A stretch of 64,000 nucleotides of DNA from positions 213-64,212 of the forward strand of contig JAQTSY010000006.1 in NCBI GenBank assembly GCA_028711065.1, written 5' to 3'. The notes below the pieces were generated by a model. That model made no database searches. It was given only the letters and a program-made list of their open reading frames with translations, and was not told the origin of the DNA. The stretch's first letter is position 1; each line of letters opens with the position of its first letter. Both the position numbers and the translations under genes were made by a program. Shown here in pieces: positions 61,966 to 64,000 of the stretch. Source of the stretch: Minisyncoccota bacterium. GTDB taxonomy: Bacteria > Patescibacteriota > Minisyncoccia > Phycocordibacterales > JAQTLZ01.

Positions 61966-64000
61966 ATGAAAATTTTTTCTAAGGGAGCATCTGTCTTTCT
62001 GGTGGTTTGTCTTGTGTTTAGTACTTTTCTTGCGTTTCCAGCATTTGCAGTAAGTACTTCTGTAACAAAAATTGGTTTTAATGCAACCAGCCAGCCTTCG
62101 AGCTTTACTGTCGGCGTATCGAATGCTGCAAGTTCTCCGCTTCGGATTCAGTCGCAAAATGTGGGAAATACTGGAGAAGATATTTCAGGAGGGGATTCAA
62201 TGACAGTGCTTCTTACTTCTGGTTCTGCTTCGGGACGCTTCGACTCAACCACTACCGGTGCATTCGCTAGCACAAGTATTTCGCTTGTAATTCCTTCAAA
62301 CTCGCAAAACACTCCTAACTTTTTCTATCGAGACACAACCGCAGGCTCAGTGACTTTGACAGGCACTGTGACGGCAGTTACGGGCTCACTTTCCGGAACG
62401 CTTGTTGGTAAAACAGCGACGATCACAAAGACAGTGAACAAGGCGAATGTAAAATTGACCAATTTCACTGCGGATAATTTTTCTCCCTTTTTCGGTCAAA
62501 CAGTCACTCTTTCGGTAAATGTTTCGAATGCAACTTCGGGCGGGGTGGGAACTCCAAATGGCCAGGTTCAATTCAACCTAGCTGGCACGGGAACGCACCT
62601 TGGAACTGCGATACCTGATGCTAATGGAAATGCGGTATTTGCGATAAGTACGCTCGGCGACAATAGTTCCGTCAGCGCATCTGATATAAACGCAAAATAT
62701 CTTGGTGATAGCAATTTTAATGCGACTGCTGGAGGTGGCGGTGTCTCTTTGTCTTCTTCAGTTACTGTTACTCCCGATCATACAAATCCGGTCATTACTC
62801 GTCTTGGTGTAAATCCTGCGACTGTTCTTGTTGGCGACGTTTACGCGGATGCAGGAGCAACTGCTAGCGACACGGAAGACGGTGATCTCACTTCTTCTCT
62901 TGTTACGGGAGGATTACCGATCGATACTTCAATTCCTGGCGGGCATACCGTTACTTATAATGTGACAGATTTAGCGGGTAATAACGCTACTCAGGTCACA
63001 CGAACCGTGAATGTTGTTGCTCCAACCCCGACACCAACCCCTGTTCCGACACCTTCTCCTACTCCTGTTCCAACTCCCACCCCAACACCTGTGCCTACGC
63101 CCACACCGACCCCTGAACCAACACCTAGCCCTACACCGGAGCCGACTCCATCACCCACACCCGAACCTACACCAAGTCCAACCCCTGTTCCGACACCTTC
63201 ACCAACCCCAACTCCAACGCCGAGCCCCACTCCTACTCCTAAAGTAAATGTTACAACGAGCATTTTGGCTTCAGACAACAATCCTTCCATTTTCGGCCAG
63301 CCGGTTACTTTGACAGTTTCTATCACCTCTGCTGTGGCGGGAGATTTGCGAATTCCGACAGGCATTGCTGATTTTAGAGACGTGACTGCTTCAGGAACTC
63401 CTGTCGTCATTGGTACATCAACGCTTGATGTTACGGGACATGCTTCACTTATCGTCAGCAATCTTCCAGTTGGTACTCGAAAATTAAAAGTTGCTTACGA
63501 AGGAGATTCAAATTTTAATTCCACAACAGGAGCGGGTCAGACAACATCTGTGCCGACTCTTAATCAGGTAGTTCAGCCCGTTCCGACTCCAACTCCTTCA
63601 CCTACTCCGTCTCCTACTCCATCACCAACTCCTGTTCCGACGCCGTCTCCAACCCCGGAACCTACTCCAACTCCAGTACCTACGCCGAGTCCTACTCCCG
63701 TCCCGACCCCAAGCCCTACACCAGAACCAACTCCGTCTCCCACGCCAGAACCTACACCTAGCCCCACCCCCGAGCCGACCGCTACCCCAACCCCTACTCC
63801 GGTTGTAACACCTTCACCAACACCTTCACCAACACCTTCACCAACACCTTCACCAACACCTTCACCAACACCTTCACCAACACCTTCACCAACACCTTCA
63901 CCAACACCTTCACCAACACCTACACCAACACCTACACCAACACCTACACCAACACCTACACCAACACCTACACCAACACCTACACCAACACCAACACCAA
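61966..64000 (+). CDS. Second large secreted surface protein, 5' partial in the window: signal peptide, two Big_3-like Ig domains, a DUF5011-like domain, and long Pro/Thr/Ser/Val/Glu linkers
   Basis: The ATG at 61966 opens an ORF with no stop before the window end; the track omits it because it has no stop. [28 protein letters not shown] is the signal peptide. Big_3-like units are present ([14 protein letters not shown]...[15 protein letters not shown]...[10 protein letters not shown], and [15 protein letters not shown]...[13 protein letters not shown]). A DUF5011-like unit is present ([68 protein letters not shown]). PTPTP(V/S/E)P linkers follow. Confidence 0.8.
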   Translation, partial: MKIFSKGASVFLVVCLVFSTFLAFPAFAVSTSVTKIGFNATSQPSSFTVGVSNAASSPLRIQSQNVGNTGEDISGGDSMTVLLTSGSASGRFDSTTTGAFASTSISLVIPSNSQNTPNFFYRDTTAGSVTLTGTVTAVTGSLSGTLVGKTATITKTVNKANVKLTNFTADNFSPFFGQTVTLSVNVSNATSGGVGTPNGQVQFNLAGTGTHLGTAIPDANGNAVFAISTLGDNSSVSASDINAKYLGDSNFNATAGGGGVSLSSSVTVTPDHTNPVITRLGVNPATVLVGDVYADAGATASDTEDGDLTSSLVTGGLPIDTSIPGGHTVTYNVTDLAGNNATQVTRTVNVVAPTPTPTPVPTPSPTPVPTPTPTPVPTPTPTPEPTPSPTPEPTPSPTPEPTPSPTPVPTPSPTPTPTPSPTPTPKVNVTTSILASDNNPSIFGQPVTLTVSITSAVAGDLRIPTGIADFRDVTASGTPVVIGTSTLDVTGHASLIVSNLPVGTRKLKVAYEGDSNFNSTTGAGQTTSVPTLNQVVQPVPTPTPSPTPSPTPSPTPVPTPSPTPEPTPTPVPTPSPTPVPTPSPTPEPTPSPTPEPTPSPTPEPTATPTPTPVVTPSPTPSPTPSPTPSPTPSPTPSPTPSPTPSPTPSPTPTPTPTPTPTPTPTPTPTPTPTPTPTP
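63808..64000 (+). repeat. Tandem 12-nt repeats (caacaccttcac x ~9 then caacacctacac x ~6) encoding a (TPSP)n(TPTP)n linker
   Basis: The periodic 12-mer copies are perfect. They lie within the partial surface-protein CDS. Confidence 0.85.

Noticed and set aside
62991-63767. Minus-strand ORFs encoding GVGVGVG repeats
   Set aside because: They are reverse-strand read-through of the Pro/Thr-linker-coding repeats inside the partial surface-protein gene.
1-64000. CRISPR arrays, rRNA genes, prophage/integrase or conjugation genes
   Set aside because: There are no short regularly spaced direct repeats and no rRNA-like conserved blocks. No integrase, terminase or relaxase motifs were seen in any ORF. 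The only mobile-element protein is the degraded IS1595 transposase.

Overview
This is a low-GC (about 40%) gene-dense bacterial chromosomal segment dominated by housekeeping genes. Recognisable genes include an ECF sigma factor, engB, metK with a SAM-I riboswitch, hpf, a cyclophilin, fmt-def, priA, murA, two mreB paralogs with mreCD-mrdA, frr, rseP, proS, greA, lysS, rpmG, rarA, miaA, parB, rel, topA, dprA, serS, ftsQ-like, a Clp-like ATPase, dus, dnaX and three tRNAs (Trp, Leu, Gln). Short GC-rich islets of 50-60% GC are interspersed, each carrying one or two hypothetical, secreted or membrane proteins; one carries a decayed IS1595-family transposase. The 3' end runs into a cluster of giant Ig-repeat surface proteins, which suggests an episymbiont-like small-genome bacterium, possibly CPR/Patescibacteria-like; this cannot be confirmed from sequence alone. 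The most unusual observations are: (1) a novel ~142-nt structured intergenic element present in two copies, with an 86-nt near-identical core and compensatory base changes in its flanking stems; (2) repeat structures at the tRNA genes, namely a direct repeat of the tRNA-Gln 3' end 130 nt downstream (att-like) and an inverted copy of the tRNA-Leu 3' end; (3) a natural XRE-HTH::MurA fusion beside a 13-bp palindrome; (4) a membrane-anchored Clp-like ATPase with a dead first nucleotide-binding domain; and (5) a PriA lacking Walker A/B consensus. No CRISPR array or rRNA is present.
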